A DNA stretch of 64,000 nucleotides from the human T2T-CHM13v2.0 reference genome, Homo sapiens. Shown piece after piece: positions 17,539 through 32,500 of the stretch. The notes beneath the pieces are model-generated. The model ran no database searches. It saw only the letters and a program-made list of their open reading frames with translations, and was not told where the DNA came from. The position numbers and the translations under genes are program-made. Each line of letters opens with the position of its first letter. Position 1 is the stretch's first letter. The stretch is taken from assembly GCF_009914755.1 (NCBI RefSeq), contig NC_060940.1; one strand, given 5' to 3'.

Positions 17539-18890
17539 GATTTTGGTACCAGGAGTGGGGTGCTATGAGAACAAATACCTAAAATCATGGAAGTGGCTCT
17601 GGAATTGGGCAGCGATCAGAGGGTAGAAGAATTTTGAGGAGTATGATTTATTTAAAAGCCTAGGTAACCTTGAATAGATTAATGGAAACATAGATATTAA
17701 TGACTCTGTTAATAAAGACTCAGAAGAAAGTAAGGAACACATGAGAGAAAACCTAAATCACTTTAGGAAATATCTAAATCATCATGAACAGACTATTAAG
17801 AGAAATATGGATATTAATAAAGGCACTGACAGTGAAACTGAAGGAAGGGGGATCCTTGATACTTGGTGGCAGAAAGCTAAGTGAAATTATGACTCACAGT
17901 TATGTGGGAAGCAGAACTTTCATGGATAAACTTGGATACTTAGCTAAGTAGATTTCCAAGCAAACTGTGGAAGGTATGGGCTGGTTTCTTCTTGCTGCTA
18001 AAAAGAAAAAAGATTAAGAAAAGAACTGTTAAGCAGGCCAGGCGCAGTGCTCACGCCTGTAATCCCAGCACTTTGGGAGGCTGAGGCAGGCGGATCACCT
18101 GAGGTCAGGAGGGTCGAGACCAGCCTGACCAACATGGAGAAACCCCGTCTCTACTAAAAATACAAAAATTAGCTGGGCATGGTGGCACATGCCTGTAATT
18201 CCAGGTACTCCCAGCTATTCAGGAGGCTGAGGCAGGAGAATCGCTTGAACCCAGAAGGTGGAGGTTGTGGTGAGCCAAGATCATGCCACTGCACTCCAGC
18301 CTGGGTGACAGAGCAAGACTCCATCTCAAAAAAAAAAGAAAAAAGAAAAAAAAAACTCTAAGAGATTTACTTACAAGAAAGCATGCTCCGGAGAAAAAGC
18401 TGAAGGTAGGACTGCACATATTGCTAATATCTCAGGAAAATCAAAATGCCAGAGTATTGAGTATTCAGTCACAACAAAGGCTCTTTGGTGAGATTAAGGG
18501 TGTGACTCACAGATCTCCTAGATCAAATTAGAGAGCATCTAGGAAATTTGGGGGTATTGCTCTGGAGCAATCTCAGCAAAAGACAAAAGTAGAGAAGGGA
18601 TTATCCAGGAAATATCTGTAGAGGACCATCTTGAATAATGGAGAAAATACCCATGACATACACAGGAGACTCACAAGGTTCTTGAAAAGTTTATACTGAC
18701 AGAAACACTGCCAGCTTAAACCAAAAAGGACAGAGAGAGTACAGGATGAAAGAAGTCTGTTGGACACCCAAAACTTCACAAGCAGGAAACAGGTTAATAA
18801 AACTACTCAGATGAAAGTACATGCTACCTTTCATGGGGAAAAAAGGGATGACTAAGCGGGCAGAACCTCAAGCCCAGAGGGTGGAGCCAT
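17539..18890 (+). mobile_element. MLT1-int internal sequence, interrupted by an Alu
   Basis: gattttggtaccaggagtggggtgct... directly follows the LTR and continues in purine-rich MaLR-internal-like sequence. The 3' end is approximate. Confidence 0.75.
18036..18355 (+). mobile_element. Alu (AluSp-like)
   Basis: Diagnostic cctgaccaacatggagaaacccc and an A tail. Confidence 0.93.
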
Positions 18891-19314
18891 GAGCCATAGT
18901 GGATGAGATCACTACTGGACCAGGTTCAGATTCCAGAACTGTGTAACCATGGGCAAGCATATCCCCTCTTTGTGCTTTCATTTCCCCAACTCTTGCTAGA
19001 GAGAATCTGACGAACAGGTCTCTAAGAGGCTTTGTAGCTCTTACAGTCTGTTATCACTTAATGATGTCTGTGCCTGCCCTGGGTACAGAGTAAGTCTCAG
19101 GTGGTAGGTATCCCAGCTCTCTACTATCTCCTAGTTCGGGTGGTTTTTTAATTCAGCACATATTTAGGATGCCTGCTCTAAATACCCAGTTTTCCAAAGG
19201 GTGTAGAGGTACCCAGCATTCTTAGGTTTCTATGCTCTTATCTGTCCAATCTCCGTGTCAATTAATTACTGTTTAAACATTAAACGCTAAAGCAACCCTT
19301 TACTGCTTTGAAGT

Positions 19315-19357
19315 ACACACACACACACACACACCCAGGGAGAGAGAGAGAGAGAGA
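19315..19357. repeat. Compound (CA)n-(GA)n microsatellite
   Basis: acacac... followed by gagagag..., read directly. Confidence 0.9.
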
Positions 19358-20679
19358 ATCCCTTCAATTGTAACATCAGTACTGCACCTAGATATCTGAC
19401 AGGAGAAGTGTAAAGGATTAAGTTTGACCCCTGGGACATCAAAAGTCCACCCTGGGAAAGGAAAGGGATGAGGCTATTGGAGGTTCTTTCCTCAGAGGTA
19501 AGCCAAGGAGCTCCACAAAGGTGACCAGAAGCTGACATGGCTCTTCCTGAAATCTCGAGTTAGAATTATGCTATTAGCAAAAATAATAGCAGCACCTATT
19601 CACTCATTCCTCCTCCAGGGAGCTGAGAGTTTCTTACGAATGGGATCTCATCATCCCCAAAGTATAAGCAAGGAAAAGTAGGGATCATTCTTTCGGTTTG
19701 GGAGAAAAAAGACTCAGAGGTCACTGGACATCTCAAAGACAGAGACTGACCAGGCCTGCCCTTCTCCAGCCAGCTCTGGGGGCTGCTGAAATGCCATGTG
19801 ACAGTGAACAGCTGCCACCAAGGCCCTTAACAAAACTTCCAGGGACTCAAAACTTAGCTTAGGCTGCTAAGCTTGAAGAAACTCAGTCAATTGCAGGGAG
19901 ACGTCAGCCCTGAGGGACAGCAGAGCCATGAGTAAGAGTGTGCACTGGCTTGCTCAGCCATCATTAGCTGTGAGACCATGGGAAAATTACTGCCCCTCTC
20001 TGAGTGCCCATGTCCTGGGGAAACTAAAAGTAACTACCTTACAAAGTGGTTAATGTTTACATACTGCTAAACACTGGATGAACATTGGCTAAATAAGATA
20101 AAGGGGTTCCTAATGTAACTGACACTATTATCATTCATCGTAAATCCCATAATCTACAGGGCATTTAACATTTTGCGCAGCACCTCACACCCATTATCCA
20201 TTTGACATCTGGAGCAACTCTGTGCAGTGGTGGTGGTCATGGTGGTTTTGTTATTGTTATTATCCCCATATTACGAGTAAGTGGGGGGCCACACACCCAG
20301 GCATCCTGGGATGGAACCCAGCATCCCATTCAGTTAGTGAATCCCTCTCACCCTCATAAACAGCTGAGCTTACACAGTAAGTTGTGTGGTCACCCCAGTA
20401 ATGAGGAAAAAGAACAGAGAGGTTAGGTCACATCCTGACATCACAAAGTGACTGGAAGAGCTAGGCCTGAACTTCCAACCCAGGGCTCTTAGCCAGCTGG
20501 ACTGGGAGAAATGATGCCCTGAGCAATGGGTCATAGGTCATCATGGCTGTCCTCCCACTGGACAGTCTGGGGGCCACCCAGTTATCAGTATTAGTGATTT
20601 TGTGAAAATGCCAACATTTACAAATCAAGAATTCCCAACTTTTTGTTGTTGTTGTTCCTTAATTCACAGTCACTTTTGG

Positions 20680-21005
<326 letters not shown>

Positions 21006-21194
21006 TGAAGGAGAAGAAGGCCTGGGAGCACAGACTCTGCATCTGGCATGTGGAAGATGGAGCTCAGCTGGGGCTTCTTGGAGGAGGGACCCCCACCCCC
21101 CTGCATGCCCAGCACCCCAGGACTTCCCTCACCATTAGGGGGTGTCCCGGGCCTTGGAGACATCTGTGTTTGCCTGGTGGCTGAGAGCCGGCAG

Positions 21195-21410
21195 CAGGGC
21201 TTAGACTCCCAGCTCCCCCACTTACTATGTGTGTGACCTTAGCCAAGTGAATGACCCTTGCTCAATTTTACAGATGGAGAAACCTGTCTCAGTTTTCACA
21301 TCTGTAAAATGGGGATGACTATTTATAGACCCAACTATAGAGTTGTTTTAAAGATGAAATCAGTGAATATCTGTAAGGCGTTATATATGACAAATGTTCT
21401 ATAATGCCTA
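21195..21410 (+). mobile_element. MIR SINE
   Basis: tgtgtgaccttagccaagt..ctcagttttcacatctgtaaaatgggga. Confidence 0.7.
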
Positions 21411-24400
21411 AAATAGTCACTGGCTACTGGCTCCCAAATCACCATAAGGTGGTCACAGGACAAGGAGAGGCTGGCAATGGCTGGAATGGTTTGAGGGGAC
21501 ACAAGACACAGTGTCACCTCCCTGAGCCCTGATTGATAACCAACAGGGTCTAAGCTAAACCTACAGTTACCCGTGCACAAGATGGTTTTCAAACAAAGCA
21601 AACTCAACCTGCCAAAATTCTCAGAGGGCCCCTGCCATTTACAATCCCAAGACATCAGCCCTGAAAGGAGCTTCAAGACCCCTCATTATACAGATGGAGC
21701 CCAACGCTCTCATTACACAAACAGAGAATCTAAGGTACCGGGAGCCATCCATGGCTTGGATGTGGGTCCCTCAGCTCATGGTGGAGGGGGTGGGGGATGA
21801 GGCTCAGACTCCCAGAACACTCCCTCCCCCGCCCCCACATGGCTGCTGGACATGCAGGGCAAGGACGCGTCCACCTTTCCCCTTGAAGCCTCTGACCTCG
21901 CAGAACACACAGCCTGCCAGGCAGCTCCATCCCTTAGACAAATTTACTTAGCACTGATATTGAAAATGCAATTGAGCTCGAGTTTTATTGCAGAAATTAA
22001 ACAGACTAGGAAAGGGGAAAAAAAAAAGCCAGTGCTCATCAGCTCACCCGAGAGCTGGCTGTGATCAAACTTGCTAAAGAGGAGCCTAGTGATCAACTCC
22101 TGCCAGCAAGGAAGAGCCCCCCAAGTCTGCCCCTACAAGGGACTCCCCAGGGGCACGAGGAGCTCAGGAGCTCCGGAAGGTTCTCCTGCCAGCCTCCTGG
22201 CGTGGACCTCCTGCGCACCCTGACATCGCCTGCCCGCCTCTTCACAAGGAGTTGGCGCCTTGTGAAGTCATCTCCGTGAGCTTCATGAAGCAACACCGCC
22301 AAGGGCCTGCGCAAAGGGCGCTCTGCTCCACTCGAGTGAAAGCAAAATGCTTTCGGGGTTGAATCACTGTTTTTCTTGACTCCCTTTGGAGATCGGCAGA
22401 GCCCACATTCGGCCGTGTTCGTGGACCTGGGACTGGAAACAGCTGCGCTCTAATTACATGTAAAGTGTACCAAAACATCCCTTTTATCACAGACTGGAAA
22501 TCTGTTAGCATCTGCCTCTCCTTTGTTTCTTCCACAAGATACAAGCTTGTTTCTACATTTTTCTCACCTGTAGCAGTGATTAAAATTCATTATAAATGAA
22601 AGGAGTGAACAGAGAAACAAGTTCCTCTGTGTACCGTTCTAAACTCAAATTAGAAACAGCTGTTTGCTAATTCATGCAGTGATGTTTTGTCGTGCTCTGT
22701 GAATCAATAATAACTCACCCTATTGCTGCAGAAATTTTTGGATAATCCACATATTTAACGCGGCATTGGATTCTCCAGGCAGGGCTGCAGCGGCAAAACC
22801 TCAGGCGGGTGGGAGGGGACTTGGGGTCCCCACTCTGGAGGCGTCCCCTGCTGCCCAGACAGAGAACCCCTAACTCAGAGCTGCCCAGCACCTCTACCCA
22901 CTACACAAGTCTTGGGAGGACCTGAAGGAAACCCTGAACAGGCGCCTCATCTCCTTCCCTCCCCAAGAACCACCAAAAAAAAAAAAAAAAAAAAGAATTC
23001 AACTCTGATTAAACGCAAACCACACACATCCTCCAGCCGCCGGAGGGAACAGCAAAATTAAAAGTCTAATTGGTACCCGGAACAATTTAAAACTATTAAG
23101 TATAGGTGAAGCTTTTCTGTAAGAAAATAATCCTCTGATTGGGATTAGGCATGTTTGGATAGCATTTTTCCCATCCACACATTTTAGCTGCAGAAGTTAC
23201 AGCTAAGGTCTGGACATGCTCAGGAGCCTCTGAGAAGTGTTCAGTCATCCCCTTTGCCACCTCCAGGGAAAGGGGTGGGTGGGGTGCAGAGCTGCATCCC
23301 CATCTGATGGCTTAGAGGGAAGCAGATGCTCTCTCTCCTTTGCAGGGAGGGAGATGGACAACACTTTTGGAGGCTTGTACTGCCACTGTGGCATGCCAAA
23401 CCTACTCTATCCTGGCTAACACATGCCCATCCTTCAAGACACTGCCTCCCGGAAGCCTTCCCTGACTGCCTCTGTCATCCTCCCTGACTTCAGGGCACTA
23501 CCTGTTTATATTTGAGTGGTTGGGGTGTCCCTGTGTCTCCTGCATCTTTCTAGGTCTGGGGCATTGTCATAGTGAACCACTTTTTGAACTTCAGACTGGT
23601 AGCCTCTGCAGAGCCCTTTCTGTGGCCAGACACAGTGCCAAGCTCTTCGTAAGCTCCATTTTGTTAAACTCTCACCTGCATCCTATGTGGTGACCACTAC
23701 CACCATTAACCCCCATCTTACAGATCAGACATCTGAGACATAGAGAGGGCGAGGGCCCTGACTTCCACAGCAATTAAGTAGAAGGAGCTTGGAATGACTC
23801 CATAGATCTCCAGAAAGCCATCAAGACCACCCACTGTCATCAAAGATGTATACCGAGCATGCCTCACCTGCTCCAGCTCCTGAGCCTTCATTCAGGCCAT
23901 GGTGGTCACTGCCCCCGAAAGCCCAACCCATGACTTGGGGGCCAGCTCTGCCCACCTCCCCAAGCATCTCACAGGTGGTGGTGGGAAGGGTGGTCTCCTG
24001 CATGGCTAAGAGTAGGTCCTCATTTCCTCCTTTCCTGGTGTTCATCTGGGCCTACAGAAGATGGCAGTCCAATACGTCCTGGGGGGCGTAGAGCACAGGC
24101 CCCAGGCAGGGGCATGGACAAGGAGCTCATGCTGTCCCTGCAGGGTTGTAGGGAGCTTTCCCTTAGCCAAGGCCACTGGGTGCCAGAAGCTCCAAGCCCG
24201 GGAGGGCTGGGAATGGAAATGCACAGATGAGGTGCCATCATGGGAGGCAGGAGCACTCAAATTGGGCTTTGAAGAAGGAGTAGGAGCTCCACTGATCTGT
24301 GTTCTTCCAAACATGGGCTACCTCCCATTGGTAGGACCCGTGATCATTTTAGGGCGCAGCCAAGATGGTCTTAAATAACCCTGATGCACAAATGAGAAAG

Positions 24401-25890
24401 TTAGCGCCCTTTCCATTCTGTTGTCAGCCTTCAGATTAGGCCAGGGAGAAAGGCTGTCTCTAACTCCTCTCCAGCATTTCAGCAAAAGAGAGGGCAGAGT
24501 CCACGCTTAGCATTTCCAGAACACAGCAGCTCATGTCTGGAATAGTGTGAGCATGGAATTTTCTTCGGTTTTGTTTTTTATTTACTTTTAAGGTTACTGT
24601 CATCTTACAGTAAATGATACTGGTTTTCCATTTGCAGAATTAAGTAAATTAATTAATTTAACCACAAAAGAGCCAGCAAAGACAAATACTAGGTGAATCA
24701 TAGCATCAGTGATACTCAAATGTTGCAAGAATCACAGTAGAGATATGCAAATGACTAAAGCCTGGGACCTCCAGATACAGAGAGATGGGAGGAGAAGGCC
24801 TCCTGGGAGAAGCAATGGCGGGAGCCATGGCTGAAGCTTGGGTATCAGTGGGAGAAGCAGCTTAGAAGGTGCAATGAGAGCCCATCGTCAAGACCTTAAA
24901 TACCAAGCCAAGGAGCCAAGAACTCCATTCCACAGGCCCTGGCAACCACCAACACTATCTGAAACACTAGCTCATGAGTAAGTGGGATCTGGACTCCCCA
25001 GCCCAGGGCTCTTTCTAGACCTCCCATAACTCCAGGTCTGCGAATGACTGAGAGTTAAACAATCACTAGCCTATAAGCAGAACCCATTTCAAGGAAAACA
25101 GTGATCAGTGACCCCAACGACCCAGGGCTCTCAACAGCCAAGATCAGGTGCCCCTGCAGGAGAAAACCCCTGCACAATCAGCATGGGGTCCCCTTCCACG
25201 TGGGGGCTGAACACTCAAGTCACTGTGGACAGCAGAAGTATCAACTCCCCTCACAAGGATCCCTGCTGGGGCACTGAGGGGGATGGGCGCACCACCTTTC
25301 AGTGAGTCCAACCCAGCCAGCTTTTCCTCCACTTTTGGAATAAATTGCCATGTCCTCTGTGTGAAAGAGCCAAGGTGTTCCCAAATACACACCATGGACC
25401 TCAACATGCTGAACAGGTGTCTGCTCCCACAGGAGGGGAGTGTGGAAGCCGAAAGCCCAGAACAGCATCCATCTCACGGTCACTTCGCCCCTGAACCCAC
25501 ACCACTGAATTATTTTTCTTCCACAAACCCACGCAGTCATTCCCTTGCAGAGCACATACAATTGAAGCACTGAATGCTAAGTGGGTGCACGAGGTAACTC
25601 CAGTGGGGTTTTGTTCATCGGGTCCAGGGCAAGTCTCCAACTCTCCAAGTGTCTGTCCCACCTCCCTCTCTCCTCCCACCCCCACCCTGGCTACCTAGGG
25701 ACCCGAGTCAAAGGTCTTCTGACTTCCAGTCCTCCATCCCATCTACACTGCAAATCCTTCTGACAGTGGTGCCCCACGTTGGGGCAGTGTAGGTGAGACG
25801 GAGGACTGAATGCAGCTGGTTTATGTGACTTTCTTACCAGAGATGCAGACAGAGGAAGCTCTCAATGCGAATAAAGAATGGGCAAGCGGA

Positions 25891-26192
25891 GGCCAGGTGC
25901 AGTGGCTCGTGCCTGTAATCCCACACACTTTGGGAGGCTGAGGCGGGTGGATCACCTGAGGTCAGGAGTTCAAGACCAGCCTGGCCAACATGGTGAAACC
26001 CCGTCTCTACTAAAATTATAAAAATTAGCCAGGTGTGGTGGTGCACGCCTGTAACCCCAATTACTCGGGAGGCTAAGGCAAGAGGATTGCTTGAACCCAG
26101 GGGGCAGAGGTTGCAGTGAGCCAAGACTGTACCACTGCATCCAGCCTGGATGACAGAGCAAGACTCTGTCTTAAAAAAAAAAGAAAAAAAAA
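25891..26192 (+). mobile_element. AluSx-like
   Basis: Full dimer with an A tail. Confidence 0.95.
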
Positions 26193-27049
26193 GGCAAGTG
26201 GGTAAATGGATGACCAAGTTCATCTTATAATTTTCCCAAAAGCCAGTATCAGAGAAAACCCCATAATGCCTCCAAGCTAGAACTCTGAGCTTAGACCAAC
26301 TGGCGACACTGAAGAATAATTAATAGATTATACTTTGTATTCTATATCATACATTGCATATGTACGTATAGGTCTAATCAATGATGTTTATTAAGTGCCA
26401 CATATTTCTTGGGTGTTTGATCCATGTCACGTGTTGTCTCATTTTATTTTTTGTCTCCAAGAAAAAAAATGAGTTGTCTCATTTTAATATTCACAGCAAT
26501 CTGATGTGTTCCTATTACCAGCCCCATTTTATAGATGAGAAAACTGAGGCTTATAAAGGTTAATTGACAGGCTCAGGGCCTTACAGGTGGAGATGGCCTA
26601 GCAGGGCTTTGAACATGGATTCCCTGACCTCAGAGGCTGTGTTCCTAACCACCGCGGGATATGAGTTTATGAACCACCATGTCCCAGGGAAAGAGAGGGA
26701 GTGACACCCGTTCAGGGGCACAAGCATTCTGCCAAGGAGGTGGCCTCCCGTGGAGCCCAGCCTGACAGGATGTCTGGATTGGGTCCGTATTCTCAGCCTG
26801 GACACCTCTCAGGGTGACACGCTCCTTTGGCTGGAGACTTCCACAGACAAGCGGCACACACTGTGTGACCTCAAATCACAGATCCCCTGCTTCTCAGTCA
26901 AATCCCATCCAGGACCTAGCCCCAGGGTCCCACCCCAAGTATCTGGAGGATGGAGAAACTCCCCAAAAACACTCCCTGTCTCCAGCCATGTGCCAGGTGC
27001 CCTCCAGCAGCTCCAGGAGACAGTCATGAGCTTGGTCCAATTTTATGGA

Positions 27050-27490
27050 AGGGAACGCTGAGGGACAGAGGAACTCAGGGACCTGATGTGTGCATCATGG
27101 CCAGTGGCCCCCTGGGAATTCAGCAGCTGCAGGGACAGTCTGAGTAAAAGAGCCTGAGGCCCCACCTCCAGGTGTCTGCCTGTCTCAAGTCTGACCCCAA
27201 AGGGAGGGGAGGTGATGCCCCCAGGGGCAACCTTCACCTAAAAGGGCCTGGAGCCAGTGGGCTCCTCTGAAGACCATTCCTGGGGCACCCTGCAGACACG
27301 AAGGTTTTGGCAGTTTCAAGCCCAGTGGTCTACAGCAGCAGGCTCAACACTGCACCCCAAAATCAGCCTTTCCCTGGCCCTGTCTCCTCCGTCCTACTTC
27401 CTGGGAGTGCCTCCTCGCCACATATGTGCACTAAGTCCTTGCTTCAGGCTCTGTGTTCAGGGGTCCTCCCTGCAACACTGACTAAGGTAC
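27050..27490 (+). mobile_element. Ancient ERVL LTR (LTR16-like)
   Basis: The 3' end ttgcttcaggctctgtgttcagggg..ctgactaagg resembles the LTR16 terminus. Boundaries are approximate. Confidence 0.45.
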
Positions 27491-28744
27491 AACTGCCACA
27501 GATGGTGGTGTCAGACTTGGAAGCCATGTCTTTCAGCCTGCATAGCCTCCTCCACAGCCCCTAATCTGCACCTGCCAGGATTTGCCATGCTCAAGTCACT
27601 GAGAGGCCACCGTCAGGGTCTGTGTCCTATACTATTACTCAACCTTGTCCTTTCAACGACCTCAGGACTAACAATGTCAGGTACCCAAGTGTAATCCTAA
27701 ATCATGATATTGATGAAATCATGAGTATGATGTTTTTGTAATGCCCATTAAAATAAAGATGTAATTGGGTTAAACATGCATGAACCACCAGAAACTGGGC
27801 TGGGCAGCCCTAGATGTGGCGCAAGTCCTGCTGCCCTGGCCCATACTGCAGTGACTGCAGCTCTTGGTCTGTCCCTCTCCCCCTCCAGACAGGGCAGTGC
27901 AGGGACGAGGGCGCACCTTCATAGCTGCTGTGTCCCCAGCACCGTGCCTGGCCAGAGGCAGGCAGGAGAGAAGAGGTGGGCTGGGCGCTGCAAGGAGCCC
28001 GGGGCCTGAGGAGGGCCAGGAAGAGAAGAGCCAGAGCATTTTCAAGGATGTGCTGGGCTAGCCAGGCGGCCCCTCTGAGGGCCCCACTCACCCCTAAACT
28101 CATCCAAATCTACAACACGACAGAGGAAATTCCAATTTTCCCGATTTTCATGTTTCCACCCCTAGAGTAATTGTCGTCGTGGACTTTGTAGCTGGGCTGT
28201 TGAGCCTCATGGCTGAAGGCTGCCCCAGCCCTGCCCGTGATGGGCAGGAGATGAAAACGACTCATCAGGCCTGGGGAAGGCTCTGGGATATGGCAGCAGC
28301 AGCAGAGAGGCAGCCACCTGGCCCTGGACCACCACGAGGAGGAGGAGTTCCAGTTTGTTTGGCCAGCACGTCAGGTCCCTGAAGGCAGCTGTGGCAGGGC
28401 ATTCCCCTGACTGGATTCCGGAGTGTGGGGCAGGGCCACTGAAGTCCTAGGCATCAAGGCTGGGGCATGTGGGTCCCCCACCCTTTCCCAGCATCGCTGA
28501 CTCTTTCCTTGGAACCCCCGCCCCAGCACCCTGCCTGTCCCTGCTTTCTCAGCCCGAGTGGCCACCACCTCCTCCCACTGGAACCAGGCCCTCATCTGTG
28601 TGCCTCATTATGTGCTCCTGCTCACAAACAGACCTGAATATCAGCCACACTCACCAGACACTTCCTACGTGCCGGGCTTTCTTAAAATCTATATTATTTA
28701 TTTACTCACTCATATTAGTCTTTGATGTTTTACTTGTTTTAGCG

Positions 28745-29054
<310 letters not shown>

Positions 29055-29869
29055 GTTTTACTATTTAATGCATTTAAGCCACACATAATCCTTTCACTAG
29101 ACCCCCCATTTTACGATGTATTGTGCATTGTACACATCGGGATACTGAGGCCCTTGAGGTCTGAGGGAGGGACTTGCCCCAGGGCAGAGTCCGGCAGAGC
29201 CAGGAGAATCTGGCCACCTGACTCATCAGCCATATGAAATGTTGAGATGTGGGGTTTATGGGAAACACACCCCTGACACACATACTCTCAAGAGGAGGCC
29301 GGGTGGACAGTGTAATGCAGGGGAGAGAGAAACTGATGGAGAGCGATCAGTCACCCCAGATCCTGCACATGGCACACGAGGGGCTTCAGGTGCCCACCGC
29401 TGCAGGCACTGGTACCCTCCTCATAGAGGGGTCTGGGAAGGGGAGATGCCACCCCCAGCCCAGCTCAGGCTGACGGCACCCCTGTGGGTGGTGCTGGGCC
29501 TACAGTCTGCCACAGGCAGCTCCACGGTCCCCAAATGGTCCCCAGCTCCTCCCAGCACCCAGCACACAGTAGGCCCTCAATATTTGCCAAATGAGTCAAT
29601 GGATGCACACTTTAGTCAGGCCACTCGTCAGGGTGGGGTGCAGGGCCAGAAGGGAGCTGCACCTTCCTTCCTCCTCCTCCACCCGCAATATACCTCTCAA
29701 CCACTTCCCTTATGCTTTTTTATCTTCTTCCAAGAATGTGATTAAGGTTTCCTCACAGGTACTCCTGGCTTCGAACTGCCTGGAGACAATTCTGATAAGC
29801 CCTGGATTCCTGGATCCCTGGATCCCTGGGAGCCCCCACAAGGTGCCTGGCAATAACTATCTGCTCAAT

Positions 29870-30082
29870 GACTGAATGAATGAATGGATGAAAGGGTACC
29901 TGGCCTACGGGAAGCTCTTGGTAACTGTGGCATGAATAAATGAATAAATGGATGGATGGATGGATGAAATACTGAAGTCCAGGGCTTCGTCTAAAGGAGG
30001 CACTTGAAAACTATGGTATGAATGAATTCAGAATGAGAAAATGAGAAAACGAATGAATGAATGAATGAATGAATGAATGAAT
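29870..30082. repeat. (GAAT)n/(GGAT)n tracts, L2 3' tail-derived
   Basis: Repeated tgaatgaa following gtgcctggca L2-like ends. Confidence 0.75.
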
Positions 30083-30555
30083 AGTCTAATCACAAAGAAG
30101 CAGCAAGGAGCCACTCAAGAGGCCCCTGTAAGGTGGGGCCTAGGAGTTGGGGACAGAGCCTCCAGCTGGAAGCCAGGGAGTATATAAGCCTGACCTGACC
30201 ACCCTCCTGACCACCTGGGTCCAGTGGGGCTGCCCCCAGCAGAGCCTGTCCAGCATCACCAAGGTCCCTCGGGCCCCCTCTCATTATGGCAGAATGCAAT
30301 TACTCCAGTCTTCAGTGGGGTCTGAATTTGTTATGATTTTATTTGAAAGAGCCTCTTGGAGCCAGGGAAGCAGCAAGGGTGTGGGGGTCAGGAAGCACGG
30401 ACGGAGGCAGAAGGAACAGCTCAGCTACACAGCCTCAGCCTGAATCCCAGAGAAATGACATTAAAACAAAGGAGACACAGAGCTGGGGCAGGGTGTGGGG
30501 GGATGGGGGGGGAGCTTACTTATTCAGACCAGAGCCAAACAAATGGATAGATTTA

Positions 30556-30897
<342 letters not shown>

Positions 30898-32134
30898 GAC
30901 ACAGACTCAACAGTGGGATTTGGGGTGGGAGTCTCCATATTTTTCCGGGAAAACACCCCTCAAGTGGATGCCTTTCTTCACACACCACACTGGAGAATAA
31001 GGGTATGTGAATATGCATGTATATGCTTGCAGGCATGTGTGTCTTCCCCACCAGGGGGGACCCCCAAAACTCACCAGAAACCTCCTTACTTCCTAACCAG
31101 GACCTGTGAACAAATGCACCCCTCCACAAGGAACACACAGCCAAGCAGTGCCCTTGTAATTTTTTCAGGAGGAATTCGGGCCAGCCAAGCACAAGTCGGT
31201 GTCACCTCCTTCCCAGCCTGGGCTTCCCTGTCTCTGTCCAATGGACCAACAGTAAAAAGTGAGCACTTCCCGCTCATCTTGGGAAACACCTCGCATCCAC
31301 TCACTCAATCAGCCAGCGACTGCACTGTTGAAATATTTATGGAGTGCCTCTTCTGTGCCAGGCTCTGCTGCAATTCCTGGGGCAGTGAGCACACCCAGCA
31401 AAGCCCTGCACCATGGAGGCTGCATTCCGGGGGCATCAGGATCATGTCCAGGAAGGCTCTGGAGCCAGAGAGCCTCCGTTCAAATCTCAGCTCTACCACT
31501 GACCAGTGGTGTAAACCAGGATACGTTAATGGACCTCTCTAATCTTCACCAAGAGGGAAAACAGGCAGAATCCCTTCTGCCTCCTCGGGTTGTGCACAGG
31601 ATGAGATCAGATACCGCAGGTTAAGCACACTGGCCCAGCGCCTGGTACATGGCACATGCTCAATGAACAGATCATTGTGTGTGGTTTCCAGTCCAGTGGC
31701 AGCAAACACAGAGACCGCTGGGCAGAGCCGTGGTTCACTGTGAGACCCCCGCCCTTGGGGAACTCCACCCCCACTCCCAGGTTACCCTTCTCGCGGGCAT
31801 CCCCAATTTACCACCTCCTTATGTCATTCCTGCCAATGTCATGTCATAAAGAAAGCCAGTCCCCCTGAAGGGCTCTGGTCCACCCCAAAAAGTCCTTAAA
31901 TCCCTTCTACAAAGAGGTTTGGTCCCTTCCAATGAAGGGGAATCCACTCCCTTCTGAACTCCCTTAGTCTGCAGGAAGAAATGATCTCCTGATGAGCCCC
32001 AAAGGAGGGCCTGCTGACCTCCTCTCAGGGACAGGAATAACAGGACCCTCTGACTCCAACCATCCTCCAAGAGGAAGGACAAACAGCGAGTCACCTGCGA
32101 TATGGCAGCCATTTTTTAAAATGACATTGCAATT

Positions 32135-32500
32135 TACATTCATTTATTCCTTCTATAAATACGAATAAGTGCCTACTCTGCCAGCCCTGTTCGAGGCTCT
32201 GGGGATAGGGTATGAAGAAACAAAGTCCTTGCCCTCAGTGAGCTTACAATGCAAAGAGAGGAGACTAAATCTTCCTGCTGAAGAAGGAATAAATCAGTCC
32301 GTAGTAAATCACGTGTTGCTATGAAGAAGTGCAGGGCAGGAAAAGGGTGAAGGGTGGGGTGCCACTCTGGACAGGTGACAAGGCGACACTTGAGCAGACA
32401 CCAGAAGCAAACAAGGCAGCAGGCCAAGGCAGAATCTAGAGAGAGAGGATCCCAGGCAGGGATCTAGCAGGTGCAAGCACCCCAAAGCCAGAGCATGCAA
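32135..32500 (-). mobile_element. L2 LINE fragment
   Basis: cattcatttattc..gtgcctactctgccag..aaacaaagtccttgccctcagtgagctt pattern. Confidence 0.65.
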
